NCBI GenBank assembly: GCA_977020255.1 | Contig: CDROCS010000253.1 | Coordinates: 1,922,001-1,986,000, forward strand | Source of the DNA: Obrimoposthia wandeli | Taxonomy: Eukaryota | DNA: 64,000 nt | Reading direction: 5' to 3' | In this document: in pieces, positions 41,812 through 52,937 of the stretch | Position numbering within the stretch: position 1 is the first letter of the stretch | How the letters are laid out: each line of letters begins with the position of its first letter | The notes under the pieces: generated by a model | What the model saw: the letters and a program-made list of their open reading frames with translations, nothing else | Databases searched by the model: none | What the model was told of the DNA's origin: nothing | Translations under genes and position numbers: made by a program

Positions 41812-43572
41812 TTACATACGATCCATCGTTTCAATGCCTAATATATCCAGACCTTGTTTTAAGGTATCGGCAACCACTTTACATAAGGCTAAACGTGAAG
41901 CCTTAACTTCATCGCTGATACCTTCTTTAAGAATAGGACAGGCTTCATAAAAACTCATGTAAAGGCTGGCTAATTCATATAGGTAGTTACATAACAAGTT
42001 CGGCGTACATTCGCTGATTACTGCATCAACCACATCTTCAAGTTGTAATAACTTTAATGCTAAAGCTTTTTCTTGTGGTTCAATAATGTTGATTACAGCG
42101 CTATTTTCTACTGCTCCAGCCTTACTCTCTGCTTTAGAGAAGATGCTTTGAATACGTGAGTAAGCGTATTGTAGGTAAGGTGCAGTAGCACCTTCAAAGC
42201 TTAACATCGTTTTCCAGTTGAAAATGTAATCACTGGTACGGTTTTTCGATAAATCGGCAAATTTAACCGCGCCAATGCCTACTTTCTTTGAAATTTCAGC
42301 TAAATCAATATCGGTAATTTCTGGGTTTTTCTCTTTGATTAATGCTGATGCACGTACGATAGATTCATCAAGTAATTCTGCTAACTTGATAGTACCGCCA
42401 GTACGGGTTTTAAATGGCTTGCCATCATCACCCATCATCATACCAAACGGACAATGTTGGTAGGCTACATTGTCAGGCAAGAAGCCAGCCTTGCGCGAAA
42501 CAATTTCAACTTGTTTAAAGTGTAATGCTTGACGAGCATCAGTAAAAATAATGATGCGATCAGCAGCTAGCTTACCGCTACGGTAGCGACACGCTGATAA
42601 GTCGGTAGTAGCATATAAGAAACCACCACCCGATTTTTGTACGATGAATACTGGCGCTTCACCATCTTTGTTAGCCATTTCATTAATGAAAACAACTTTA
42701 GCACCTTGACTCTCTTCGGCAATTTCTTTCGCCATTAGCTCATCAATTACCGTTGATAAGTCATCGTTATAAGCACTTTCGCCCATAATATCTGAACGTT
42801 TTAATGACACATTTAATTTAGCGTAAATGTCTTCACTGTGCGTGATTGAAATATCAATAAATTGTTGCCATAACTTGGCACAGGCAGCATCACCACTCTG
42901 TAGTTTAACTACATCAGCACGCGCTCTATCAGCAAAACCTTCTTCGTTGTCAAAGCGTACTTTGGCTTCACGGTAAAAGTTTTCTAAATCGGCAAGGGCA
43001 GTTTCAGCCACTTCATCACTAGCAAGTTTATCGCTTAAATGTGCGATTAACATACCAAACTGTGTACCCCAATCACCCATGTGGTTTTGACGAATAACGT
43101 TGTCACCACGAAATTCTAGTGCGCGTACAACAGCGTCACCAATGATGGTTGAACGTAAGTGACCAACATGCATTTCTTTGGCAAGGTTAGGCGCAGAGTA
43201 ATCAACAACGACTGTTTGCGATTTATCACCGGGAACAGCGCCGCGTTGTGCTACGCCAATGAAGTCATCTTTAGCCACTTCGTTTAGTTGTGCCGCTAAC
43301 CAGTTTTCATCTAAATGAATATTAATAAAACCAGGGCCTGCTAATTCAACTTTGCTGGCAATACCCTCTAGGTCTAATTCAGCAACAACTTTAGTTGCTA
43401 GCTCGCGAGGATTAGTCTTAAGCTTCTTTGCCGCACCCATCACACCATTAGCTTGATAATCACCAAAGTTTGGACGATTTGATAAACTTAAAGCAGGGTT
43501 TGTACCTTCAGGTAAGCCGGCTGCAACCATAGCTGCACTGACTCTTTCACTCAATATATTCTTAATATTCAT
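41812..43572 (-). CDS. argS: Arginine--tRNA ligase
   Basis: DYSAPNLAKEMHVGHLRST, GDWGTQFG, YATTDL, KFADLS..R..DY, APYLQYAY.R. Confidence 0.98.
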   Translation of the reverse strand: MNIKNILSERVSAAMVAAGLPEGTNPALSLSNRPNFGDYQANGVMGAAKKLKTNPRELATKVVAELDLEGIASKVELAGPGFINIHLDENWLAAQLNEVAKDDFIGVAQRGAVPGDKSQTVVVDYSAPNLAKEMHVGHLRSTIIGDAVVRALEFRGDNVIRQNHMGDWGTQFGMLIAHLSDKLASDEVAETALADLENFYREAKVRFDNEEGFADRARADVVKLQSGDAACAKLWQQFIDISITHSEDIYAKLNVSLKRSDIMGESAYNDDLSTVIDELMAKEIAEESQGAKVVFINEMANKDGEAPVFIVQKSGGGFLYATTDLSACRYRSGKLAADRIIIFTDARQALHFKQVEIVSRKAGFLPDNVAYQHCPFGMMMGDDGKPFKTRTGGTIKLAELLDESIVRASALIKEKNPEITDIDLAEISKKVGIGAVKFADLSKNRTSDYIFNWKTMLSFEGATAPYLQYAYSRIQSIFSKAESKAGAVENSAVINIIEPQEKALALKLLQLEDVVDAVISECTPNLLCNYLYELASLYMSFYEACPILKEGISDEVKASRLALCKVVADTLKQGLDILGIETMDRM

Positions 43573-43620
43573 TTAATAGACTCTTTATCATTGTTATTTG
43601 GCTCAATACAGTCATCAATC

Positions 43621-43649
43621 GTGCTCATTGACATGCGTCAACTCCGCGC
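43621..43649 (+). repeat. 29-bp hairpin repeat, copy 3
   Basis: GTGCTCATTGAC-atgc-GTCAACTCCGCGC. Confidence 0.85.
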
Positions 43650-43898
43650 GTTTTCTTCTGTTTTGAACCAACTAACTGCGATAAAGAAGCTATTCCGCAG
43701 TTAGTAAAATTTAGTGCTTCTTATCTTTGATATTTTACTAAAGCAATCATCAAAAATAATCTTAATTTGTTCATGTTTGGTTAAGTAGGTAGCGTTATAG
43801 CAAGGCGATTAATCATTTTTATAACGGAGCTTAGTACACTAAGTGACTGCATAAAAATTATTAAGCAACGCTGATAGAACGTTATTTACGACACCAAA

Positions 43899-45479
43899 TT
43901 AGTGTTCACGGGTCGAATGGAACTGTATATCAGGGTTTCTTTCTTGTGCTAGCGATAGGTTAACCATCGTTGGTGCTATATAGGTTAAGTTATTACCACC
44001 ATCAAGTGCTAAGTAATCACCCGATTTTTTCTTAAATTGCTCTAACGTGCGCTCATCATCACAAGTACACCAGCGCGCGGTAGCAACACTAATGGCTTCG
44101 TATATAGCATCAACTTTATATTCAGTTTTCAAACGTTGCACAACCACTTCAAACTGCAATACACCTACAGCACCAACAATCATATCGTTGTTAATGAAAG
44201 GTCTAAATACTTGTACAGCACCTTCTTCAGATAACTGGATCAAACCTTTCTGTAATTGCTTAGCTTTTAACGGATCGCGCAGGCGAATGCGACGGAACAT
44301 TTCCGGTGCGAAGTTAGGAATACCACTAAACTTCATCATTTCACCAGAGGTAAAGGTATCACCTATTTGAATACTACCATGGTTGTGTAAACCAATAATA
44401 TCACCGGCAAAGGCTTCTTCAACGTTTGAGCGATCACCAGCCATAAAGGTTACCGCATCGGCAATTTTGACATCTTTACCAATACGTACTTGTTTCATTT
44501 TCATACCTTTTTCATACTTGCCAGAGCAAATGCGCATAAAGGCGATGCGGTCACGATGTTTCGGATCCATATTGGCTTGGATTTTAAAAATAAAACCTGA
44601 GAATTTTTCTTCTGTCGCGGTTACTAAGCGTAAATCTGTTTTGCGTGGTAATGGCTTAGGTGCCCATTTAGTCAAACCATCAAGCATGTGGTCTACACCA
44701 AAGTTTCCTAATGCAGTACCGAAAAATACTGGCGTTAATTCACCATTTAAGAACTCTTCTAAATTAAAGTCATGAGAAGCGCCGGAAACAAGCTCTAATT
44801 CTTCACGTAAATCATCAGCATAGTTACCAATGATTTTATCAAGTTCAGGGTTATTAAGACCTTTAATTACCCGTTTTTCTTGAATCATGTGACCTAGGCC
44901 AGATTGATACAAAGTAATTTCGTCATCAAGAATATGGTAAATGCCTTTAAATTCTTTACCCATGCCTATTGGCCAAGTAATGGCAGCACACTTGATTTTT
45001 AATACTTCTTCAACTTCATCCATTACTTCCATTGGATCACGTACATCGCGATCCATTTTGTTCATGAAGGTAATAATTGGCGTATCGCGAAGACGAGTAA
45101 CTTCCATTAATTTAACGGTTCGTGCTTCTACACCTTTGGCAACGTCAATTACCATTAAACATGAATCAACGGCGGTAAGCGTACGGTAAGTATCTTCCGA
45201 GAAATCTTCATGACCCGGTGTATCAAGTAAGTTTACTAAGCAGTCATTGTAAGGAAATTGCATTACCGAGGTAGTAATTGAAATACCACGCTCTTTTTCC
45301 ATTTCCATCCAGTCAGATTTTGCGTGTTGACCTGATTTTTTACCTTTTACCGTCCCGGCTCTTTGTAAGGCTTGGCCAAACAAAAGTACTTTTTCGGTGA
45401 TGGTGGTTTTACCCGCATCGGGGTGAGAAATAATGGCAAAGGTGCGACGTAAATCGACTTGCTGTTGCTGTACAGACAT
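43899..45479 (-). CDS. prfC: Peptide chain release factor 3
   Basis: [38 protein letters not shown]. Confidence 0.98.
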   Translation of the reverse strand: MSVQQQQVDLRRTFAIISHPDAGKTTITEKVLLFGQALQRAGTVKGKKSGQHAKSDWMEMEKERGISITTSVMQFPYNDCLVNLLDTPGHEDFSEDTYRTLTAVDSCLMVIDVAKGVEARTVKLMEVTRLRDTPIITFMNKMDRDVRDPMEVMDEVEEVLKIKCAAITWPIGMGKEFKGIYHILDDEITLYQSGLGHMIQEKRVIKGLNNPELDKIIGNYADDLREELELVSGASHDFNLEEFLNGELTPVFFGTALGNFGVDHMLDGLTKWAPKPLPRKTDLRLVTATEEKFSGFIFKIQANMDPKHRDRIAFMRICSGKYEKGMKMKQVRIGKDVKIADAVTFMAGDRSNVEEAFAGDIIGLHNHGSIQIGDTFTSGEMMKFSGIPNFAPEMFRRIRLRDPLKAKQLQKGLIQLSEEGAVQVFRPFINNDMIVGAVGVLQFEVVVQRLKTEYKVDAIYEAISVATARWCTCDDERTLEQFKKKSGDYLALDGGNNLTYIAPTMVNLSLAQERNPDIQFHSTREH

Positions 45480-45805
45480 GCAAATTACCTGTTAAGTAAA
45501 TAGTAGAAAAACGCCTTTAGTACGGAGCTTAGCAATTGGCTTAGCACAGGGCTTTTCATCATTATTAAAAAATTGCGCGCATTATAACATTAAAATAGCA
45601 AAGATTTGTAAAAAGCAGCGTTTATAAGGCTGAACTTTTTATATAATTTTTATATAACCAAAAGAGGCATTAACAGGGACTAAAAATAACGTCAGAAAAG
45701 GGAGCGTTTGCTTTATTTTTACCTTAAATAAGCAAATGTGAGGTTAGCTAATAAGGTGTTTCGATGAGCAATTCAGCTAAAATTAATTAACTTAATATCG
45801 AGTAA

Positions 45806-46054
45806 TCAAATGAATAGGCTAGAAATAAATTGAGATTCACTTTGATCCAACAATGGGACATATACTTTACTGGTTGCTATATTACTTTCATCATTGCTCT
45901 GTGGATTCACTTGGCTTGATAATAATACAAAAGCTTGTTGCTCGTTCATGCCGCTCAGTTGGCTGATTTTTAGCAACGCATCACTTACAATAAGGTTGGC
46001 GACATCTTCATTTGATAGCTGGCTATCTGTAGTGGGGGTTATTTTAGTAAACAT
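45806..46054 (-). CDS. Hypothetical 82-aa protein
   Basis: Free-standing ORF between prfC and rimI in the same orientation, with a purine-rich GAGAG upstream. No family recognised. Confidence 0.5.
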   Translation of the reverse strand: MFTKITPTTDSQLSNEDVANLIVSDALLKISQLSGMNEQQAFVLLSSQVNPQSNDESNIATSKVYVPLLDQSESQFISSLFI

Positions 46055-46253
46055 CTTGCTCTCATCATCACTTGTTAAAAACCTTGTGAGGAATCTTATT
46101 AAGTATCTTGTTGAGCATATTAACTAAAGCAGAGGAATTAACTAGCCACTTTGCGTATGCAAATGTTGTTATTTGTTAATGAATGGCTAGTTTGTTATTT
46201 ATTCATTTATTTACTTAGATAGGAGATTATCAATTTCTTAAAAAGATTATTGA

Positions 46254-46754
46254 TTAGTATTTCAATGACATCACAATGGCATCTTCATAGCCGAAACCAG
46301 AGCTACTTGGGTAGTAACCCGTACGGCGATCAATTTCGATAAAGCCAGCATTCATATAGAGCATTTGTGCCGCGATATTTTTAGCGCGTACCTCTAGAAA
46401 AATTTTTGTTGCACCGAGTTTTTTAGCCTGAGCTAAAAATTGATTAAGTAATACTTTACCGTATCCCTTACCTTGGTCTGTTGGCATGACACAAATATCC
46501 ATCAATGTTGCTTCACCAATAACGTATTCACCAATATAAAAACCTATGGCATCATCGAAAGATTGTTCTTTTGCTTTTTTTGGGCTGGACTCAGTAAGCT
46601 TTTCTCCAAAGTAACGGCCACCGATACAACTTAAAAAGGTTTTTTCACTCCAAGGGTGTGAGTGACAAGCGAGCTCTATTGGCATTAACTTATCTACATC
46701 GGTACGGGCTATTGCAGTAAAATGATTTGGGTTAGTTTTTGTTGTAGTACTCAT
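46254..46754 (-). CDS. rimI: Ribosomal protein S18 alanine N-acetyltransferase
   Basis: HPWS, GNAT motif QGKGYG, FLEVR..N..AQ.LY...GF, R.GYYP, EDAIVM. Coupled to holD. Confidence 0.93.
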   Translation of the reverse strand: MSTTTKTNPNHFTAIARTDVDKLMPIELACHSHPWSEKTFLSCIGGRYFGEKLTESSPKKAKEQSFDDAIGFYIGEYVIGEATLMDICVMPTDQGKGYGKVLLNQFLAQAKKLGATKIFLEVRAKNIAAQMLYMNAGFIEIDRRTGYYPSSSGFGYEDAIVMSLKY

Positions 46755-47125
46755 TGGGTTTGCTTACTCAGTAATTGCCATAATTGCTTTTTAAGCGCCG
46801 GCGACTTTGAAAGTTTAGTAATAGAGGGGGTGAACAGCTGCTGCTCGACCCATTGTATTTCATTTTGTGATGATATTGCGGTGAAATACCAGTTAAAAAG
46901 CCCTAAGTCTATGTGATCACTTTGGTGAGTTATTTCACCGATACTTAAACCTGTTGCTAATAAAATGTCATTGAATAGTTGCTGCCTGGCTAAATATTTT
47001 AAATCGATATCAAGAAAGTGCTTGGACTGAGTTTGCACGTTATCATTAGGCGCACAAGTACGATGCTGCCAAAGACTAATGCCCATTTCAGTGAGTTGCT
47101 CAAATTGATGTTGGTTAATGCTCAT
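46751..47125 (-). CDS. holD: DNA polymerase III psi subunit
   Basis: L.EMGISLW N-terminus, P.LKKQLWQ C-terminus. Conserved holD-rimI-prfC order. Confidence 0.8.
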   Translation of the reverse strand: MSINQHQFEQLTEMGISLWQHRTCAPNDNVQTQSKHFLDIDLKYLARQQLFNDILLATGLSIGEITHQSDHIDLGLFNWYFTAISSQNEIQWVEQQLFTPSITKLSKSPALKKQLWQLLSKQTQ

Positions 47126-47322
47126 CGGTGATGGCTCATTAGTTCTAGATCTAAAGTTAAATATAATGACAGAATTAGCGACAGACTAAAAGCAGATAGA
47201 TTAATGCGAGTAGTGGTTCATTAAATACTTTGGTAAGTATCTATTAGGTTACATATAGATTATTTACTTAAAATATTTAAGGGATATATTAGATAAAATA
47301 GGAGATGAAGCAGGAAAGAAAA

Positions 47323-47399
47323 TGGCAGGGGTGGAGAGACTCGAACTCCCAACCATCGGTTTTGGAGACCGCTGTTCTACCAATTGGAACTACACCCCT
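47323..47399 (-). tRNA. tRNA-Trp (CCA), 77 nt, CCA end encoded
   Basis: AGGGGTG TA GTTC CAATTGGTA GAAC A GCGGT CTCCAAA ACCGA TGGTT GGGAG TTCGAGT CTCTC CACCCCT G CCA. Confidence 0.97.
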
Positions 47400-47412
47400 G
47401 CAGCGAAGTAGA

Positions 47413-47440
47413 ATTATACTGATGCGCTGGAAAAGGTAAA
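47413..47440 (-). promoter_or_regulatory. Putative sigma70 promoter of tRNA-Trp
   Basis: Minus strand TTTACC-16 bp-TATAAT, ending 13 nt before the tRNA 5' end. Confidence 0.55.
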
Positions 47441-47849
47441 GAGGAAATGTCATCTTTTTACCTATTTATAGTTTGTTCGGTGTTTTTATCTACAAAGTGC
47501 TAGTAAACTAGCCTGTTCTACTTGTTGAATCCTAATAACTCTGAAAAATATGAACGATTTACTCTTGGTCTTAATGACTAACCTTGGTGATTATTTACCT
47601 TAGATGAGTTTTTTTATTTTTTTTCATTGATACAGAGTATAAATTTTAAGCTATCGTCATGGCACTAAAGTTTTTGAGCAACGTGATATCAGTTTTTTCC
47701 TGTTCCGGTAATGATATTCTCAGGTCTTAGTGATCTTTTAGTGGGTCATTACTTTTTGGGGAAATGTGATGATACTTTACTTGAGTCTATTTATTACAGT
47801 AGGAGCACCAGCATTATTTATCTTATGCCGATGCTCTTATTCGTTAGAT

Positions 47850-49622
47850 TTAACTTCTTTTTATTTTGCCAACACTTAAGTTACAAAAACGGTATTTATC
47901 AGGATAAGGAAAGACATCTTTATAAATACCATTGGCAACATCTTGTTGGCATTTTTGCCAATATGCCGCAGTTAATAAATCTTCGTGATGTATTTTAAAC
48001 GCTTTGAGATAACTTGGGTTTGCCAAAGCAAACGTAGCGAGTTCCTCAGGGAACATATCTCCAGGCATTACGCTATACCAAGGCTCAGCAGCGTATAATT
48101 GTTCTTCAGTAACTGCTTTAGGCTTCACCCGAAAGTTAATTTCATTCATATAAGCTATTTCGTCATAATCATAAAAAATCACTCGTCCATGGCGTGTCAC
48201 ACCAAAGTTTTTGAGTAGCATATCTCCAGGAAATATATCTGCGGAGATAAGCTGTTTAATGGCTTGGCCATAGCCAAATAAGGCATCATCAATTTTTTGC
48301 TGTACTTTATTTTTAAGAGCATCCATTAGGTATAGGTTCAGTGGCACCATACGGCGCTCTATATATAAGTGCTCAATAATAATAAGTGCTTCATCGCCTT
48401 CACCTTCATAACGAATGATTGAGGGGGCTACTTTTTGAAGTTCAGCTAAAAGCTCATCGTTAAAACGTGATTTAGGGAAGGCTACTTCAGAATACTCCAT
48501 AGTATCAGCCATTCGTCCCACTCTGTCGTGTAGCTTAACTAAGCGGTATTTACCCTTTACATCTTTCTTGGTTATGTTTTTACTGGGTGAGAACTTATCT
48601 TTGATAATTTTAAAAACATACGGATATGAGGGCAGGGTAAAGACTGACATCACCATACCTTTAATACCTGCGGCTAGTTCAAATTGGTCATTACTGCTAT
48701 CAAGGTGGTTTAGAAAATCTCGATAAAACTCTGTTTTGCCTTGTTTATGAAAACCAATAGCGGAATATAAATCAGCTTTAGTTTTATGAGGCATAAGCCC
48801 TTGTAAGAAATTAACCAAAGCATAAGGATGCTCACAATCTACAAAAAAGTAAGCGCGGGCAAAACCAAAAACAACCGCCATACTTTCACTGCTGATCAGT
48901 AATGCATCTATATATAAGCCACCTTTTTCATTATTAAGCACCGCAATAATAAACGGCGTTTCTCCTGCGGGTGATAAGACCCGACCAATGAGGTAGGCGC
49001 CTTTATTTCGATAGAAGGTAAAGTTAAGAATATCAAACTTCATATCCTCTAATTTTACCCGGGTTTTATGTGCTTTGCGGCGAAAGGTCTTAATAAGGGT
49101 ATCGACATCACGATCGAGATCTTCAAAGGGGATCACCGTTCTATGACTATTCATAATGTCACAAATGGTTTGTTTTAAACCAAGTTCTTTCGGCTCATAA
49201 GACGTGTAGATCTCAGGCTGCGTTTTATCATCAAGTCGATGCGCGGTACTCTCGACATAAATATAATCATTGTGATAATACTTACGCTCGAATATGTGAC
49301 AAAAAACCGAGTTATAAAAGGTTTCAGCTAATTCTGGCTGTTTATGATTGATTAATAAATCAGAGTAAACGGTTTTAACTTGAAGCCATAAAACATTATC
49401 AAGCGCGTTAACATTGAAATCTTCTTTTATAGCGTTGAAGGTTTCTTTTACGCGTTCGTCATAAAAATTGGTTCTCGCCCTCGCGGAGCGATGAATTTCA
49501 TTCCATTGACATTGTTGAAAACGGTTTCGGGCTGATTGAGTAATTTCAGTAAAAATTGCAAAATGGCGTTCAAAGCCATTAATAATTGTGTTGGCTATAG
49601 TAAACGCAAGTTCATCTTTCAT
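47850..49622 (-). CDS. aceK: Isocitrate dehydrogenase kinase/phosphatase
   Basis: ELAETFYNSV, FYRNKGAY, AAGIKGMVM.VF, VFKIIKDKF, IFPGDML.KNFGVTRHGRV.FYDYDE. Confidence 0.96.
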   Translation of the reverse strand: MKDELAFTIANTIINGFERHFAIFTEITQSARNRFQQCQWNEIHRSARARTNFYDERVKETFNAIKEDFNVNALDNVLWLQVKTVYSDLLINHKQPELAETFYNSVFCHIFERKYYHNDYIYVESTAHRLDDKTQPEIYTSYEPKELGLKQTICDIMNSHRTVIPFEDLDRDVDTLIKTFRRKAHKTRVKLEDMKFDILNFTFYRNKGAYLIGRVLSPAGETPFIIAVLNNEKGGLYIDALLISSESMAVVFGFARAYFFVDCEHPYALVNFLQGLMPHKTKADLYSAIGFHKQGKTEFYRDFLNHLDSSNDQFELAAGIKGMVMSVFTLPSYPYVFKIIKDKFSPSKNITKKDVKGKYRLVKLHDRVGRMADTMEYSEVAFPKSRFNDELLAELQKVAPSIIRYEGEGDEALIIIEHLYIERRMVPLNLYLMDALKNKVQQKIDDALFGYGQAIKQLISADIFPGDMLLKNFGVTRHGRVIFYDYDEIAYMNEINFRVKPKAVTEEQLYAAEPWYSVMPGDMFPEELATFALANPSYLKAFKIHHEDLLTAAYWQKCQQDVANGIYKDVFPYPDKYRFCNLSVGKIKRS

Positions 49623-49859
49623 AGGGCAATTAACTCTTTAGTCGATTTAAGTAGGTGCTTATTTACCAACATACACTAAAAGCTCAATTGCAGAGATAGT
49701 TTTCATAAATATTGGTTATAACAAGCAATAATGTTGTTTCAACACATGTTTGCTCGTTGTTATTTAGGCTTAAGAGCTAAAAGTGGCGAATTAACTTGCT
49801 ATCAACGGCGTGCAGCTCTAAAATTACGCCTTTTTTACAGCAGAAAAATAGCCAATATC

Positions 49860-50930
49860 ATGCGTGTTTCAGACTTTTCCTTTGATTTACCCGAAGCCCT
49901 TATTGCTCGATACCCAAAAGCCGAGCGCACCTCTAGTCGTTTAATGGCCTTAAATGGTAATTCTGGCGCTATAACCGACGGTGTTTTTACCGATATTGTT
50001 GCGCAATTGAATGCTGGCGATTTACTGGTTTTTAATAACACCCGTGTTATTCCGGCAAGAATGTTTGGTCAAAAAGCCAGTGGTGGAAAAATTGAGGTGC
50101 TGGTTGAGCGTATTATCGATCAAAACACAGCACTTGCTCATATACGTGCAAGTAAATCCCCTAAAGTTGGCAATGAGCTTTTCTTAGGTAATGAAGACAG
50201 TGACGTTAAAGTTAAAGCGACTATGGTAGCGCGTCATGGTGCTCTTTTTGAATTAAAATTTGACAGTGATCAGTCAGTGTTAACTATATTAGACAAAATA
50301 GGGCATATGCCACTACCACCTTATATAGATAGACCCGATGAAGACAGTGATAAAGAACGCTATCAAACTGTTTACAATGAAAAACCCGGTGCTGTGGCCG
50401 CGCCAACAGCCGGTTTACACTTTGATGAAGCATTATTAGAAAAAATTAAAGCCAAAGGTGTTGAACTAGCCTTTGTTACTTTGCATGTCGGTGCAGGTAC
50501 TTTTCAACCGGTTAAGGTAGACGAAATTGCCGATCATATTATGCACGCTGAGTATGTTGAAGTATCAGATGAAGTGGTTGCGCAAATAACAAAAACCAAA
50601 GCAGCTGGTGGTAGAGTTGTTGCGGTAGGAACAACCTCAGTTCGCTCACTTGAGAGTGCTGCAAAAACTGCAAAAGATAAAAATGAACCATTAAGCGCTT
50701 TTTATGGTGATACCGACATATTCATCACCCCAGGTTATCAATTTCAACTCATTGATGCTTTAGTGACTAACTTTCACTTATCTGAATCAACGTTGCTGAT
50801 GTTAGTCAGTGCCTTTTCTGGTTATGACCATATCATGCCCGCTTATCAACATGCGATAAGTCAAGAATACCGATTTTTTAGTTATGGTGATGCTATGTTC
50901 CTAACTAAGCAAGAGTTAAACAAGAGCTAA
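49860..50930 (+). CDS. queA: S-adenosylmethionine:tRNA ribosyltransferase-isomerase
   Basis: [16 protein letters not shown] start (ATG 49860), [37 protein letters not shown]. Confidence 0.97.
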   Translation: MRVSDFSFDLPEALIARYPKAERTSSRLMALNGNSGAITDGVFTDIVAQLNAGDLLVFNNTRVIPARMFGQKASGGKIEVLVERIIDQNTALAHIRASKSPKVGNELFLGNEDSDVKVKATMVARHGALFELKFDSDQSVLTILDKIGHMPLPPYIDRPDEDSDKERYQTVYNEKPGAVAAPTAGLHFDEALLEKIKAKGVELAFVTLHVGAGTFQPVKVDEIADHIMHAEYVEVSDEVVAQITKTKAAGGRVVAVGTTSVRSLESAAKTAKDKNEPLSAFYGDTDIFITPGYQFQLIDALVTNFHLSESTLLMLVSAFSGYDHIMPAYQHAISQEYRFFSYGDAMFLTKQELNKS

Positions 50931-51011
50931 CTAAGCAATATACACAGTAAACGTTATAGAAAAATACTATTTATTAAACCAACACCGCCAGCCTGTTTAG
51001 CTAGTAGGTGA

Positions 51012-52181
<1,170 letters not shown>

Positions 52182-52266
52182 CGCTAAAATTAGCTGCTAA
52201 TTAAAATATTTGAATAATCCAGTGGCTAGACAGTTTGCAGCTACTGAGTTCAATTTAAAGGAAAAG

Positions 52267-52295
52267 GCACGGAGCTGACGTTAGTCAGTGAGTAC
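52267..52295 (-). repeat. 29-bp hairpin repeat, copy 4
   Basis: Reverse complement GTACTCACTGAC-taac-GTCAGCTCCGTGC. Confidence 0.85.
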
Positions 52296-52369
52296 CTTTG
52301 ACACCTAAATTGAATACAGTAGCAATAAAGTGAACAGTCACTAACTAACAATAAGAAGTAGAGAAATAT

Positions 52370-52705
52370 ATGAGTTTATTTATCAGTACAGCACACGCAG
52401 CAGACGCACCAGCAGCAGCCGGCGGCGGAATGGAAATGATCATAATGCTAGCCGTTTTTGGTTTAGTATTCTTTTTCATGATTTATCGTCCACAAGCTAA
52501 ACGTGTAAAAGAACATAAAGGTTTAATGTCTTCACTAGCTAAAGGCGATGAAGTCTTAACGCAAGGCGGCATTGTTGGCAAAATCGTTAAAGTTTCTGAT
52601 GAAAAAGACTTTATCGTTGTTAGCATTAGCGAAGGTACTGAAGTAACAGTACAGAAAGGCGCGATAAACGCAGTGCTTCCTAAAGGCACAATGAAATCTT
52701 TATAA
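52370..52705 (+). CDS. yajC: Preprotein translocase subunit YajC
   Basis: FFMIYRPQAKRVKEH, GDEVLTQGGIVG, VLPKGTMKSL. Confidence 0.96.
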   Translation: MSLFISTAHAADAPAAAGGGMEMIIMLAVFGLVFFFMIYRPQAKRVKEHKGLMSSLAKGDEVLTQGGIVGKIVKVSDEKDFIVVSISEGTEVTVQKGAINAVLPKGTMKSL

Positions 52706-52743
52706 TTTAATCTTTGTTATTTGGCTTTATTTCATCATCAAAA

Positions 52744-52772
52744 GTACTCATTGACATACGTCAATTCCGCGC
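52744..52772 (+). repeat. 29-bp hairpin repeat, copy 5
   Basis: GTACTCATTGAC-atac-GTCAATTCCGCGC. Confidence 0.85.
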
Positions 52773-52937
52773 TTTTTCTTTGAACTAAAGCCAACTAACT
52801 TAGCTAAAAATATAAAGTGAATTAATATTTTAGCTAAAAGCTAGAAATCGTTAATTTAGTAATACGTTAAGTAGGGTGGGCAGATTTTTTATCAAAATTT
52901 TGTTCGCGCGAGAAGAAATAAATAAAAAGGACACATT

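Noticed and set aside
46068-46118. 16-aa ORF MLNKILNKIPHKVFNK upstream of the 82-aa orphan
   Set aside because: No Shine-Dalgarno sequence and no coupling to the next start, so it is likely chance.
47711-47998. 95-aa plus-strand ORF overlapping the aceK 3' end
   Set aside because: Half of it is antisense to aceK, it has no SD or motif, and the region is AT-rich.
49731-49859. 43-aa N-terminal extension of QueA in the ORF track
   Set aside because: The conserved QueA start MRVSDF begins at 49860. The extension is promoter DNA. Similar over-extensions were trimmed for nqrA, nqrB, dxs, xseB, metA and the helicase.
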